Source: a virus
Lineage: Duplodnaviria; Caudoviricetes
Virus record (IMG/VR): IMGVR_UViG_3300025934_000001
Coordinates: 45,417-109,416 of that record
DNA: 64,000 nt
Reading direction: 5' to 3' (one strand)
Below are positions 53,186 to 62,801 of the stretch, in pieces. The position numbers and the translations under genes were made by a program. The first letter of the stretch is position 1. Each line of letters opens with the position of its first letter. The notes beneath the pieces were generated by a model that worked only from the letters and a program-made list of their open reading frames with translations, ran no database searches and was not told the origin of the DNA.

Positions 53186-54589
53186 ATGTACATCGACCCG
53201 TCCGCGCTCGACCTGTTCGGCCCTGACGACGGCGTGACCGGCACCGGCTCGCCGCCGGTCCTGCCGCTCGCCTACGCCGTGCGCAAGGGCAGGGGCAAGG
53301 GCCTCGAACTGGGTGACCGCAGCATGCTGCCGCAGGCCACCGCGGCCGCGGCCAGCGTGCCCGCGGCCAGTGCTGACCAGATCCGCACCCTGCCCAACGC
53401 GACGCAGGCGGCGCGCTCACCCAACCTCGGCGGGCTCGCGGCCGGCTACGACACCCAGATCAGCGAGTACCAGAAGCAACTGCAGGGACTGAACGAAGAC
53501 CCCGACTACAGCGGGGCCGCCACGGCCGCACGCAGGCGCGGCAGCGAGGGCGTACAGGTGCTCGGCGCGGCGCTCGCCGCCGGCTTGGGGCCGAAGGACA
53601 TGCAGGGACTGCAGGGCCAGTTCGCGCAGCAGTCCGCGCACATGATGCAGCCGCAGAAGATCGAGGGCGGCGAGATCGACGTCAGCGGCAACGTCAACCT
53701 CGATCCCGGCTACAAGCGGCAGAAGCAGATCACCGACTTGCGGGCGTCGATCGAAACGCTGGAGAAGCAGAAGCTCACCGCGGTCACGGCCGAGGAGAAG
53801 ATGCGCGCCGAGGCGCTGCAGCACCAGCAGATGAATCAGTTGAAGGAACTGCAGATCATGGCGATGCGCGAGGCTGCGGCCGATCGCGCGGCCAACCAGC
53901 GCGAACTGATCGCGATGCGGCGCGAGGCCGCGGCCGGTGGCGGCAAGATGCAGGCGCACGGGGTCACCCCCGAGGGGCAGATCGTCAGCTACAGCCCGAC
54001 GCTCGGCCGCACCTTTGTCGCAGGGCCGAACGGCGACATGGTCGAGTACAAGGGACCGATGGTGTCGCAGGGCACTGCCGACAAGCAGGTGCTCGCGGCG
54101 CAGCATCTGCAGGGCTCGGAGCAGACCTTCCTCGATCTGGAAGCGCGCATGAAGGCCTTCCCCAATGCCTTCGGCGGCGCCTCGTCGCTGGCGGCGCTGA
54201 CGCCCACCATCATTCAGTCACGCATCCTCAATGCCAAGCTCACGCCCGAGGAGCAGCAGGTACGCGCGGACGTGCTGCGGCAGGCCGCGCAGGCAGCGCA
54301 TGATCTGCTCGGTGCAGCGCAGACACCGGCCGAACTCGCCACCGTTGCCAACTTCATCCCCAATGCGCAAGATCCGCCCGATCGTGTGCTGCAGAAGCTG
54401 GTGTCGTCGCGCGAGTGGCAGCAGCGGCAGTTGAAGGTTCTGGGGCCATGGGCCACGCAGGCGCGGACCATCAACGGCCCCGAGGCGCCGGCACGGCCCG
54501 CGCCGTTGGCGACGCCCAAGGTGGGCGACGTGGTGGACGGTCATCGCTTTAAAGGCGGCGACCCGAAGCAGCGATCGAGTTGGGAGTAG
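53186..54589 (+). CDS. Internal virion/ejection protein
   Basis: Helical; C-terminal 'PKVGDVVDGHRFKGGDP..W' motif typical of ejection proteins. Confidence 0.7.
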   Translation: MYIDPSALDLFGPDDGVTGTGSPPVLPLAYAVRKGRGKGLELGDRSMLPQATAAAASVPAASADQIRTLPNATQAARSPNLGGLAAGYDTQISEYQKQLQGLNEDPDYSGAATAARRRGSEGVQVLGAALAAGLGPKDMQGLQGQFAQQSAHMMQPQKIEGGEIDVSGNVNLDPGYKRQKQITDLRASIETLEKQKLTAVTAEEKMRAEALQHQQMNQLKELQIMAMREAAADRAANQRELIAMRREAAAGGGKMQAHGVTPEGQIVSYSPTLGRTFVAGPNGDMVEYKGPMVSQGTADKQVLAAQHLQGSEQTFLDLEARMKAFPNAFGGASSLAALTPTIIQSRILNAKLTPEEQQVRADVLRQAAQAAHDLLGAAQTPAELATVANFIPNAQDPPDRVLQKLVSSREWQQRQLKVLGPWATQARTINGPEAPARPAPLATPKVGDVVDGHRFKGGDPKQRSSWE

Positions 54590-54593
54590 ACGC

Positions 54594-56306
54594 GTGAACC
54601 CGTGGGAGCGTGAATGGAGTGACGGCGCGGACACCGGGCCGTGGGCGAAGGAGTGGGCCAAGGTCGCACCGCCGCCCCCGCCGCCGGATGCCACCGCGCT
54701 CGATCGCGCGCAGGCCGGCGCGGCCGGCGTCAACCGCGGTGCGCTGGTGAACCTCGCCGGCTTGCCGGTGGCAACCGCGCTCAACGCCTACGACTTGGCG
54801 AAGGCCGGCGTCGGCGGCGTGATGGGCGCCTTCGGCGCCAAGCCCGAGAACCTGCCGGAACTGACTGATCGCAGCAAGGTGGCGGGCTCGCCCGAGTGGA
54901 TCGCCAAGCAACTGGAAGAACGCGGCGCCGGGCCGGTCATCAATCCCAACCGGCCCGATGACCCGGCCTCGCGCTACCTGCACGTGGGCGGGCAGGGCGC
55001 GGCCGCCGGCATGGTGGCACCGCAGACGCTGCCGCAGGCGCTCGGCAGCGCCGCCACGGGCGCTGCCTCGATGCTGGCGAGCGAGGCGGCGGGCGACGCG
55101 GGTGCGGGCACCTCCGGTCAGGTGCTCGCGGCCTCGTTGCTGCCGGCGGCTACAACGGCCGCAGCGACGCGGGCGCAGGCCGCCATGGCGAACGCGAGGC
55201 GCACTGCGGCCCAGCGCGCGGTGGTCGATGCCAACGTGGGCGCCGCACAGGAAGCGGGCTACGTCTTCCCGCCGGCACAGGTCAACCCGTCCCTCACCAA
55301 CAAGGTCATCGGCGGCATCTCGGGCAAGGCCGCCACCGAGCAGGCGGCATCGCTGGACAACCAGCCGGTCACCAACGCGCTCGCGCGCAAGGCCTTGGGC
55401 CTGCCCGAGAACACGGCGCTGTCGGTGGAAACATTGGAAGCCGTGCGGCGGCAAGCGGGCGATGCCTACGATGCAGTCAAGAATTTCAATCTGCCGATCC
55501 GCGCCAACAACACCTATCAGCAGCGGCTCGCGGATCTGCACAGCGAGTATCTGGATCGCATCGGCGCGGGCGGCGGCGGCACCCCGGTGGAATCGCTGCG
55601 GCTGTCGCACGTGGAGGACTTGCTGCGCGACATGAACCGCAACAGCTTCTCACCGACCAGTGCGGTCGAGTTGATCAAGCGATTGCGCAGCGATGCCGAC
55701 AGCGGCTTCCGCACCGGCAACGCCGAGTCCGCGCGCTACCAGAAGCGCATTGCCAATGCACTGGAGGATCTGGTGGGCGCCAATCTCAGGGCCGCCGGGC
55801 AGCGTGATCTGCTGACCGACTTTCAGGCAGCCCGGCAGCGCATCGCGCAGAGCTACGATGTGCAGAAGGCACTCAACCAAGGCACCGGCAACATCGATGC
55901 ACCCAAGATCGCCGCGCGTCAGCGCGCTGATCGACCGTTATCCGGCGAACTGGAAACGATCGCCAATGCCGCCAACTTCGCGCCGTTGTCCACGCGCGAG
56001 TTCCGGCAGACGCCGCCCGGCATCTCCGCGCTCGACGTGGGCCTCGGCACTTTGGGAGGTGCGGGCGCGATGGCATTCGGCCCTGCGGCGTTGGCGCCCG
56101 TGGCGCTGCCGGTGGCACGCATGCTGGCGCGCAAGGCCCTGCTGTCGAAGCCGTACCAGCAGTACATGGCGAAGCCCCGCACGGGTGAGCCGAGTGTGCT
56201 GGCGCGGGCACTCGCCGAGGCCGACGCACAGCAGGGCGCGCTGGCGGCGTCCTCGCTGTCGGAAGATGAGATGCGCCGCCGCCAACCCTTCACCCAAGGA
56301 CTTTAA
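54594..56306 (+). CDS. Internal virion/ejection protein
   Basis: N-terminal 'PWE.EW', Ala-rich helical, hydrophobic segments. Confidence 0.7.
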   Translation: MNPWEREWSDGADTGPWAKEWAKVAPPPPPPDATALDRAQAGAAGVNRGALVNLAGLPVATALNAYDLAKAGVGGVMGAFGAKPENLPELTDRSKVAGSPEWIAKQLEERGAGPVINPNRPDDPASRYLHVGGQGAAAGMVAPQTLPQALGSAATGAASMLASEAAGDAGAGTSGQVLAASLLPAATTAAATRAQAAMANARRTAAQRAVVDANVGAAQEAGYVFPPAQVNPSLTNKVIGGISGKAATEQAASLDNQPVTNALARKALGLPENTALSVETLEAVRRQAGDAYDAVKNFNLPIRANNTYQQRLADLHSEYLDRIGAGGGGTPVESLRLSHVEDLLRDMNRNSFSPTSAVELIKRLRSDADSGFRTGNAESARYQKRIANALEDLVGANLRAAGQRDLLTDFQAARQRIAQSYDVQKALNQGTGNIDAPKIAARQRADRPLSGELETIANAANFAPLSTREFRQTPPGISALDVGLGTLGGAGAMAFGPAALAPVALPVARMLARKALLSKPYQQYMAKPRTGEPSVLARALAEADAQQGALAASSLSEDEMRRRQPFTQGL

Positions 56307-56310
56307 AGCC

Positions 56311-57882
56311 ATGCCACGCAACGCCGCAGGAGTCTACACATTGCCGCTGCCGCCCGTGGTGGCAGGCAACACCATCATGGCGTCGTTCGAGAACACCACC
56401 GACAGCGACATCGCCAGCGAACTGACCAACTCCCTCGACCGCAACGGCCGCGGCGGCATGCTGGCGCCCTTCAAGATATTCGACGGCACCGTGGGCGCGC
56501 CCGGCATGGCGTTCACGCAAGACCCCGACAACGGCATCTACCGCATCGGCCCTGACCATTGGGCGCTGGCCGCGGGCGGTGCCGCGATCATGGACATGAC
56601 GCCCACGCAGACCGGCATCAGCACCCCGCTGTGGCTGGGCGGGGTTTTGACGGCCACAGCCGGGATCACTCTTGCCGGCACCACCCAAGTGACCGGCAAC
56701 GTCGATATTCAAGGCAGCGTCGGCTCCATCGCGCAGGCAGCGCCCCAGCACAAGCTGTCGATCAGCAGCGCCGGCCCCAGCGATGCGGCCTACATGGCCT
56801 TCAACATCTTGGGCGCCTATGCCTCGCTGTTCGGCCTGAGCGCCGATGGCAAGTGGCGCGTCGGCGGCTGGTCCGCGGGCGCAGTGCAGTACCAGATTCT
56901 GCATGAAGGCAATTCCTTCAACTTCAACACCGCGAACACCCTAAGCACCGGGCTCAATATTTCGGCGCCAACGCTTTACGCCACCTACGATGTCGTCGCC
57001 GGGCGCAATGTGGGCATCACCGGCAACCTGACAGCGGGCTCGATCAACAGCAACAGCTACGTCACGGGCGCTGACCACTTCGCCAATCGCGCCGTCGATC
57101 AAGGCGTCTATTTCTTCGGCAGTGGCGGGGGGCGCTACCTGCAATTCGATGGTGCCTACTTTCGCTTCATGACGGGCTCGATCCTGCAGCCGGGCGCGTC
57201 CAGCTTCGGGCATCTACAAGACCCCAAGGGCGCCATCGACGTGATGGCAACCGGGCGACCGGACATGCACTTCACCATCACGGCGCAGGGCGCGAACAAC
57301 GCCTATCTCGCCATTGGCTGCATCAACGATGCCTACACCGCATGGCAGAACCTCGCCTTTCAGGGCGGCGGCAGCTTCCATCCGGCCTATGACGGCGCGC
57401 AGGCATTGGGCAATCTGGCGGAACGCTGGAACGCCGTGTACGCGCAGAACGGCGCCATCAACACCAGCGATGCGCGGCTGAAAAAGGACATCGTGGATTC
57501 GCCGCTGGGCCTGTCGTTCATCGAGACTCTGCGCCCGGTGCAATACAAGTGGATCGCCGAGCGCACCATCGTCACCCCGGTGCAGACCGGCACCAAGCCG
57601 GTGCCCGAAACCGTGGACATCGACGGCAACGTGACGCCTGCGCACGATGAGCCGGTGATGGGCAACACGGTGACTCCAGTGCCCGGCGTGCGCCCGCACT
57701 GGGGGCTGATCGCGCAGGAAGTGCGGGGCGCGCTGGCGACAGCAGGCTTCGCCGACACCGGCATCGTGGCCCTGAGCGAAACCGAGGATGTGGCCGTGGG
57801 CCTCAACTACTCCGAGTTCATCGCGCCGCTGGTGGCCGCGGTGCAGGAGCTATCCACGCGCGTGAAGGCGCTGGAGGTTTAA
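56311..57882 (+). CDS. Tail fibre with C-terminal S74 intramolecular chaperone
   Basis: 'MPRN..G.Y.LP..V..G' anchor; SDARLKKDI..LRPV..GLIAQEV..Y..I.PLV.AVQEL. Confidence 0.85.
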   Translation: MPRNAAGVYTLPLPPVVAGNTIMASFENTTDSDIASELTNSLDRNGRGGMLAPFKIFDGTVGAPGMAFTQDPDNGIYRIGPDHWALAAGGAAIMDMTPTQTGISTPLWLGGVLTATAGITLAGTTQVTGNVDIQGSVGSIAQAAPQHKLSISSAGPSDAAYMAFNILGAYASLFGLSADGKWRVGGWSAGAVQYQILHEGNSFNFNTANTLSTGLNISAPTLYATYDVVAGRNVGITGNLTAGSINSNSYVTGADHFANRAVDQGVYFFGSGGGRYLQFDGAYFRFMTGSILQPGASSFGHLQDPKGAIDVMATGRPDMHFTITAQGANNAYLAIGCINDAYTAWQNLAFQGGGSFHPAYDGAQALGNLAERWNAVYAQNGAINTSDARLKKDIVDSPLGLSFIETLRPVQYKWIAERTIVTPVQTGTKPVPETVDIDGNVTPAHDEPVMGNTVTPVPGVRPHWGLIAQEVRGALATAGFADTGIVALSETEDVAVGLNYSEFIAPLVAAVQELSTRVKALEV

Positions 57883-57886
57883 AGCG

Positions 57887-58075
57887 ATGGCCGACGAGAT
57901 CAAGCTCGACGCGCAGGACATCATCGACGCGCTCACCGAGCAGCGCAATGGTGCCCTGAACGAACTGGTCCGCGCGCAGGCGGCGCTGCGGGCACTGCAG
58001 CGCAACACTGCCACGCCACCGGAGTCAGGCCATGGGAACGTTAGCCGACTTCCTGCGCAATCTGCAGGAGAGTGA
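57887..58075 (+). CDS. Small coiled-coil protein
   Basis: GGAGG SD; follows the fibre gene. Confidence 0.55.
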   Translation: MADEIKLDAQDIIDALTEQRNGALNELVRAQAALRALQRNTATPPESGHGNVSRLPAQSAGE

Positions 58076-60104
58076 CAACCCGCTGGGCGATGCGCCGGGC
58101 GAGGCGCTCGGGCGTACGCGCAACCTCAAGCGGGACGAGCTAACCAGCGTCCTGCGCGAGACTCCGGAGATGGCGGCCGCGATCGCCAGCGGCGCCGCCT
58201 CGCAGGCCGCCGGGGGCTGGCAGGGGCTGTACACGCTCGCCAAGACCGGCGGCAACCTCGACGCGGCCGTCAAGGCCATTGCCGATACGCAGGAGAAGGG
58301 CACCTACGTGCCCCGCTCCACGGGCGCCCGGCAGGGGCTGGGCTACGTGGGCGAGGCGATCGAGCCCATCAACAAGCTCGCCAAGGAGAACATCGCGGAT
58401 CCGGTGGGCGCGGTGTCGCCGATGCTCGGCGCCGCCCTGACGGCGTTACCCGAGGCGCTGCCCGGCCCCAAGGGCTTCAGCGGGGCCAAGGCCGCAGGAC
58501 GGGCTGCCAAGGCCGTCACAGGCGCGGAGCGGGGGGTAGTAGCCGCCGAGGGCGCAGCGCCCGTCCTAGAGGCCGTGCCGCGGTCCCGTGCCGCCCTCAC
58601 GGCGCACTTCCCCGACGATCCCGACATCGTGGACTCGCTGCTCACCAACGAGAAGTACAAGGCCACCAAGATGGTGCCGGGCGAGGACATCGAGGCGGCC
58701 GCCAACGAGCGCGGCTACCTGCGCGCGGAAGAGCCGGTGCTGCCGAAGCCGGCGGCGCAGATGAGCGAGGCGGATTGGAAGGCATGGGGCGAGCAGCACG
58801 GCGTCAACATGACCGTCACGCCTGACCAGAGTCTCGGCGTGTCCGACATCGCCACCCGGCGCGAGCTAAAGCTGCCGGGCGGGATGGAAGGCAAGTTCAG
58901 CGTCCCTGACCTGTTCCAGATCAAGTCCAACAACTTCGATCCCACCATCCTCGGGCGGGATCTGCACAACGACTTGATGAAGAAGTTCCTGCGCACCTAT
59001 GACCGGCCCGGCGGCATGCCGCCCGAGGAAAAATTCAACGCACTCAACTTCGCGCTGCTGTCGCCCAATGCGCCACTGGGGCCGAACGAATTCTTGGCCG
59101 CGCGCTTCCGCGTGCGCAATCCGGAGGAGCTATCAGCACTGGCGGACACGCCGAAGGAGCTACTGGCAGGGGAGGAGCGCGGCACCGGCAGTGCGTCGCG
59201 CGGCGGCATGGGGGCCAAGGGCACCGCCAATCTCGGCAACATGCAGCGCCTTGCACAGGTGCTGCGCGACAAGCCCGAGATGTTCGAGGCCGGCGCGGGC
59301 GAGACACTGCATGATGTCGCCCGGCGCACCATGAATCAGGTGCCGGGGCTGGGATCGAAGACGGCATCGCTCGGCGTGCCGTGGTTCGATCTGCCGAAGG
59401 CGAACACCTCGGCCATCGACCTGCACATGATCCGCGAAGGCTTCCCGCGGCTGCTGCGCGATCCCGAGCTAGGTGCCGACTTCACGGGCGCAGTGGGCCG
59501 GCGCATGGGCATCCCTGACGCAACGCCGGATCTGCTGGAAGCTCACGCGCATGCGGACCCGGCCTTCGCCAAGTCACTGGAAGAGACAGCGATCGACATC
59601 ATCGGCGGCAACACCCGCTCCATGGTGTACCGCACCGCGAAGGGCGAGGTTAATCCGGATCTGCATCCCTCGATCACACCGGACAAGCTGCTGCATGAGC
59701 CGAAGCAGGCGAAGGAGTTCGGGCCGTTCTACAACAAGATGGTCGAGTACGTGAACGAGTCGCGCGGCGAGAATCCGGAGATCGCGCTGTTCCCCGAGCA
59801 GTGGCGCAAGTGGGACACCCTGCGCGGGCGCATCGAGCCCCACGAAATCATGCACCCCGACTACAAGAAGCTGCCGCGCATGTCATGGGAAGAACTGCTG
59901 GCGGCCAAGCAGGCGAACGCCGAGGCCGGCTACTTCGCCAAAGGCGCGCAGCAGAATCCCGGCGAGGTGCCGTGGGGCCGCCTGTTCTACGGCAAGGCTG
60001 ATCCGAAATTGCTGGCCGGCACTGCGGCCGCAACCGGGGGCGGGCTCGCGCTGGCGCGCGAGCGGGCCAAGGCACTGCGTGACGACGATGAGGAGAAGCG
60101 ATAA
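58032..60104 (+). CDS. Ejection-type protein with a HhH DNA glycosylase-like domain
   Basis: N-terminal Ala/Gly helical injection-like region; 'LLSPN', 'VPGLGSKTAS...SAIDLHMIR' (~59340-59435), 'QW..WD..R'. Confidence 0.6.
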   Translation: MGTLADFLRNLQESDNPLGDAPGEALGRTRNLKRDELTSVLRETPEMAAAIASGAASQAAGGWQGLYTLAKTGGNLDAAVKAIADTQEKGTYVPRSTGARQGLGYVGEAIEPINKLAKENIADPVGAVSPMLGAALTALPEALPGPKGFSGAKAAGRAAKAVTGAERGVVAAEGAAPVLEAVPRSRAALTAHFPDDPDIVDSLLTNEKYKATKMVPGEDIEAAANERGYLRAEEPVLPKPAAQMSEADWKAWGEQHGVNMTVTPDQSLGVSDIATRRELKLPGGMEGKFSVPDLFQIKSNNFDPTILGRDLHNDLMKKFLRTYDRPGGMPPEEKFNALNFALLSPNAPLGPNEFLAARFRVRNPEELSALADTPKELLAGEERGTGSASRGGMGAKGTANLGNMQRLAQVLRDKPEMFEAGAGETLHDVARRTMNQVPGLGSKTASLGVPWFDLPKANTSAIDLHMIREGFPRLLRDPELGADFTGAVGRRMGIPDATPDLLEAHAHADPAFAKSLEETAIDIIGGNTRSMVYRTAKGEVNPDLHPSITPDKLLHEPKQAKEFGPFYNKMVEYVNESRGENPEIALFPEQWRKWDTLRGRIEPHEIMHPDYKKLPRMSWEELLAAKQANAEAGYFAKGAQQNPGEVPWGRLFYGKADPKLLAGTAAATGGGLALARERAKALRDDDEEKR

Positions 60105-60305
60105 ATGGATCTACTCGGACTGCTCGTAACGGTCGTCATTCTCGGCCTCATTTTCGCGGTGCTGTGGTGGGGCATACAACAACTGGCCCCGAAGGTACCG
60201 CCACCGTTCGCCACCGTGATGCAGGTGCTCTTCGTGCTGGTGGTGGTGGTCGTGCTGATCTCGCTGTTGCTCGGTCACATACCTCCCGTGAAGCTGGGGC
60301 GCTAG
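60105..60305 (+). CDS. Small two-TM membrane protein (Thivi_2564-like), paralog of 22966
   Basis: MDLLGLL.T.VILGLIFAVLWWG...VVVVVLISLLLGHIP. Confidence 0.7.
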   Translation: MDLLGLLVTVVILGLIFAVLWWGIQQLAPKVPPPFATVMQVLFVLVVVVVLISLLLGHIPPVKLGR

Positions 60306-60538
60306 TGCGGTGACGGGCTCTCGGCCCGTGCGAGGAACGACTTCATCGCGGTGACCACGCCCTCGCGCTCGGCGTTGCTGATGTAGTTGACGCGGCCTTC
60401 GTCGCCGAACTTGAACGTCAGCAGCACGAAGCCCACCGTGCGCTCGCCGGGTGCCGCACCACGGTTGAAGGTAGTGTCGAGCACTTCGGCGAGCGCATTC
60501 ATGGCCGCGATGAATTCCGGCTCGATGGGTTCGGTCAC
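60302..60538 (-). CDS. Hypothetical protein
   Basis: 'GFVLL.F.FG...NYISNA.R'; coupled operon. Confidence 0.65.
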   Translation of the reverse strand: MTEPIEPEFIAAMNALAEVLDTTFNRGAAPGERTVGFVLLTFKFGDEGRVNYISNAEREGVVTAMKSFLARAESPSPH

Positions 60539-60756
60539 GCTTCCCCCTTGGGCACATCGACGTAGGGCATGGCGACGTCATCCGCCGTCAGCCCTTCGAA
60601 GATGGCCTGCTCGGTTTCGCCGTAGACGATGGCGATGGCGGGCATGGGGCCGAAGGCGTCCTTCACGATCGGCTGGCCCGCCACCAGTAGCTCCACGTTG
60701 CGCCGCGACAGGCCGATGATCAGCATGCCGGCATCGGTCTTGGCGATGATCATCAC
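60535..60756 (-). CDS. Hypothetical protein, paralog of 24645-24884
   Basis: Shared motifs. Confidence 0.7.
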   Translation of the reverse strand: MMIIAKTDAGMLIIGLSRRNVELLVAGQPIVKDAFGPMPAIAIVYGETEQAIFEGLTADDVAMPYVDVPKGEA

Positions 60757-61034
60757 ACTCCCCAGAGATCCGGCCGCAGCAGCGCGGGCGAGACTTTAAA
60801 GTACTCCGCGATCTGCCGCGCCCGCGGACCCGGCAGCAGGAAGTGGCGCGGTGCAGCCTCGGCCATGCGCTCCCAGCCGTACAGCGTCTGCGCGCGGATG
60901 CCGATCGCGATGGCAAGCTGCCGCTTGCTGCGCTCACCGAGCTTGTTCTCGATGAGCCAACTGAGCGGATGCTTGTTGGTGTTGCTGCCCCCCGGCATCT
61001 TGCGGGGGAGCTTCACGGGTTTTTGCGTTTTCAT
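60753..61034 (-). CDS. Cro/YdaS-like HTH regulator
   Basis: 'RQLAIAIGIRAQTLYGW', C-terminal 'LRPDLW'. Confidence 0.75.
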   Translation of the reverse strand: MKTQKPVKLPRKMPGGSNTNKHPLSWLIENKLGERSKRQLAIAIGIRAQTLYGWERMAEAAPRHFLLPGPRARQIAEYFKVSPALLRPDLWGV

Positions 61035-62437
61035 GCTTGTCCTTTCAGGACGTTGAGGATGGCTTGCTGGGCACTCGACTTCGCCTGCAGCGCGTCGAGG
61101 ATGGCGCCGTCCACCGTGTCGCGAGCGACGATGTGGTGAATGACGACGGTCTTGGTCTGACCCTGCCGGTACACCCGGCGGTTCAGTTGGTCATACTCTT
61201 CAAGGTTCCACGTGAGGCCGAACCATGCCACGCAGTGGCCGCCGGCCTGCAGGTTCAAGCCGTGCGCCACCGACGTCGGATGCACCAGCAGCACCGGCAA
61301 CTCGCCGCGGTTCCAGCGCGCCACGACGTCATCCGCGGCCTTCGCCGACACGCCGCCGCCGAGGTACGGGATGGCGGCATCGCCGAGGCGCGCACGGATG
61401 GCTTCCACTTCGTGCAGGAACGACACCGCGACCAGCAGCGGGGTGCCCTGCTGCTCTTCCACCAGATCCGCCAGCGCATCGAGCTTCGCTGTGTGGATCG
61501 CGACGGTCGCCTGCGTGCGCTCTTCAGTCTCGGCGTAGGCCGTGCCGTTCACCAGTTGGCGCAGCTTCATCAGGCACGCGGCCGCGTTGGCCGGGGCCAT
61601 GGTGAGGCCGCCACCCGTGGCGAGGAACAGATCCTTGGCGAGCGTGTTGTACTGCGCGCGGGCCGGCGCCGGAAGCTCCACCTCGATGCGATTGAAGATC
61701 AGCTTCGGCATGGTCAGGTGATCCTCGGCCTTGAGGCGCAGGGCCATGCCGTTGACGCGGGCGTAGACGCGATCGGCCGCATCCTTCTTCGGGTGCCATT
61801 TCTGGATCACGCGGCCGCCGCCGACGTGGACGGACTCGGGCATGCAGAACTCGCGGCGGAAGCGGGTGATGAACTTGCCCAGCGCAGCGCCCTCGTCGCA
61901 GATGTAGGCCTGCGAGAACAGATCCTCGATCGACTGCGGCGTCGGGGTGCCGGTCAGGATGTAGCGGCGGGCGAACTTGCCGAGGTGCTCACGCAGTGCC
62001 TTGAAGCGCACGCTCGACGGGTTCTTGAAGCGGGTGGACTCGTCAACGACGAGCATCTCGGGGGCGCGCTCGCCGAGCAGCGACCACGTGGCGGCCTCGA
62101 ACAGCCAAGCGACATTCTCGCAGTTCACCACGTAGATGTCAGCGTCGGCCTTCAACGCCGCTTCGCGCTGCTTGGCGCTGCCGAGCACCAGCGACACCTT
62201 GAGATGGGCGAAATCGGCCCACTTGGCGACCTCGGCCGGCCACACCAGCCGGGCCGGGCGCAGGGGAGCGATCACCAGCATGCGCTGCACCGCGCCGGCT
62301 TCCTTCATCACAAGGAAGGCGCCCAGCGACATCGAAGTCTTGCCGAGGCCCGGATCAAGCAGCAGGGCGCCGTTGGAACGGCCGGCGATAAGCTGGATGC
62401 CGCTGATCTGGTACGGGTGGGGCGTGTAGGGGATCAT
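61031..62437 (-). CDS. SNF2-family helicase
   Basis: PGLGKT, VVDEST, LTGTP, HGLNLQ, Q..RR.YRQGQ. Confidence 0.9.
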   Translation of the reverse strand: MIPYTPHPYQISGIQLIAGRSNGALLLDPGLGKTSMSLGAFLVMKEAGAVQRMLVIAPLRPARLVWPAEVAKWADFAHLKVSLVLGSAKQREAALKADADIYVVNCENVAWLFEAATWSLLGERAPEMLVVDESTRFKNPSSVRFKALREHLGKFARRYILTGTPTPQSIEDLFSQAYICDEGAALGKFITRFRREFCMPESVHVGGGRVIQKWHPKKDAADRVYARVNGMALRLKAEDHLTMPKLIFNRIEVELPAPARAQYNTLAKDLFLATGGGLTMAPANAAACLMKLRQLVNGTAYAETEERTQATVAIHTAKLDALADLVEEQQGTPLLVAVSFLHEVEAIRARLGDAAIPYLGGGVSAKAADDVVARWNRGELPVLLVHPTSVAHGLNLQAGGHCVAWFGLTWNLEEYDQLNRRVYRQGQTKTVVIHHIVARDTVDGAILDALQAKSSAQQAILNVLKGQA

Positions 62438-62477
62438 GTTCTGTCTCGGGTAGTGGGGTGTAGGTAATGACTACTAA

Positions 62478-62493
62478 AGCGATTATCGTGCCA
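62478..62493 (-). promoter_or_regulatory. sigma54-type promoter
   Basis: TGGCACGATAATCGCT. Confidence 0.75.
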
Positions 62494-62707
62494 AGGAGCG
62501 GATGGTGTTCCAGCCGCGGGCCTGCCCGGCACTGCGGCGGGGCGCGACGCGCGGGCCGAGCGCGGGGTGGGCGACGATGAAGGCCGACACCGCGGCGCTG
62601 GCGTCGATCGAGGCCTGCAGGGTAACGGGCGTCGGGGTGGCGCGGGCGACATCGCGGGCGGCGGCTGCGGTGGTGATCAGGGCGTCGAGTTGGCTGCGGA
62701 GGTTCAT
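62483..62707 (-). CDS. Hypothetical protein
   Basis: Same CCGAGACAGA.CATG leader as the helicase gene. Confidence 0.55.
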   Translation of the reverse strand: MNLRSQLDALITTAAAARDVARATPTPVTLQASIDASAAVSAFIVAHPALGPRVAPRRSAGQARGWNTIRSLAR

Positions 62708-62747
62708 GGTCTGTCTCGGTTGTAAGGGGGTGCCTACAGTACTTTAA

Positions 62748-62763
62748 AGCGATTATCGTGCCA
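62748..62763 (-). promoter_or_regulatory. sigma54-type promoter
   Basis: TGGCACGATAATCGCT, identical to the site at 62478. Confidence 0.75.
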
Positions 62764-62801
62764 GCCGGGGTGCCGGGCCAGCCTTCATTGTAGGTGACGC
62801 C

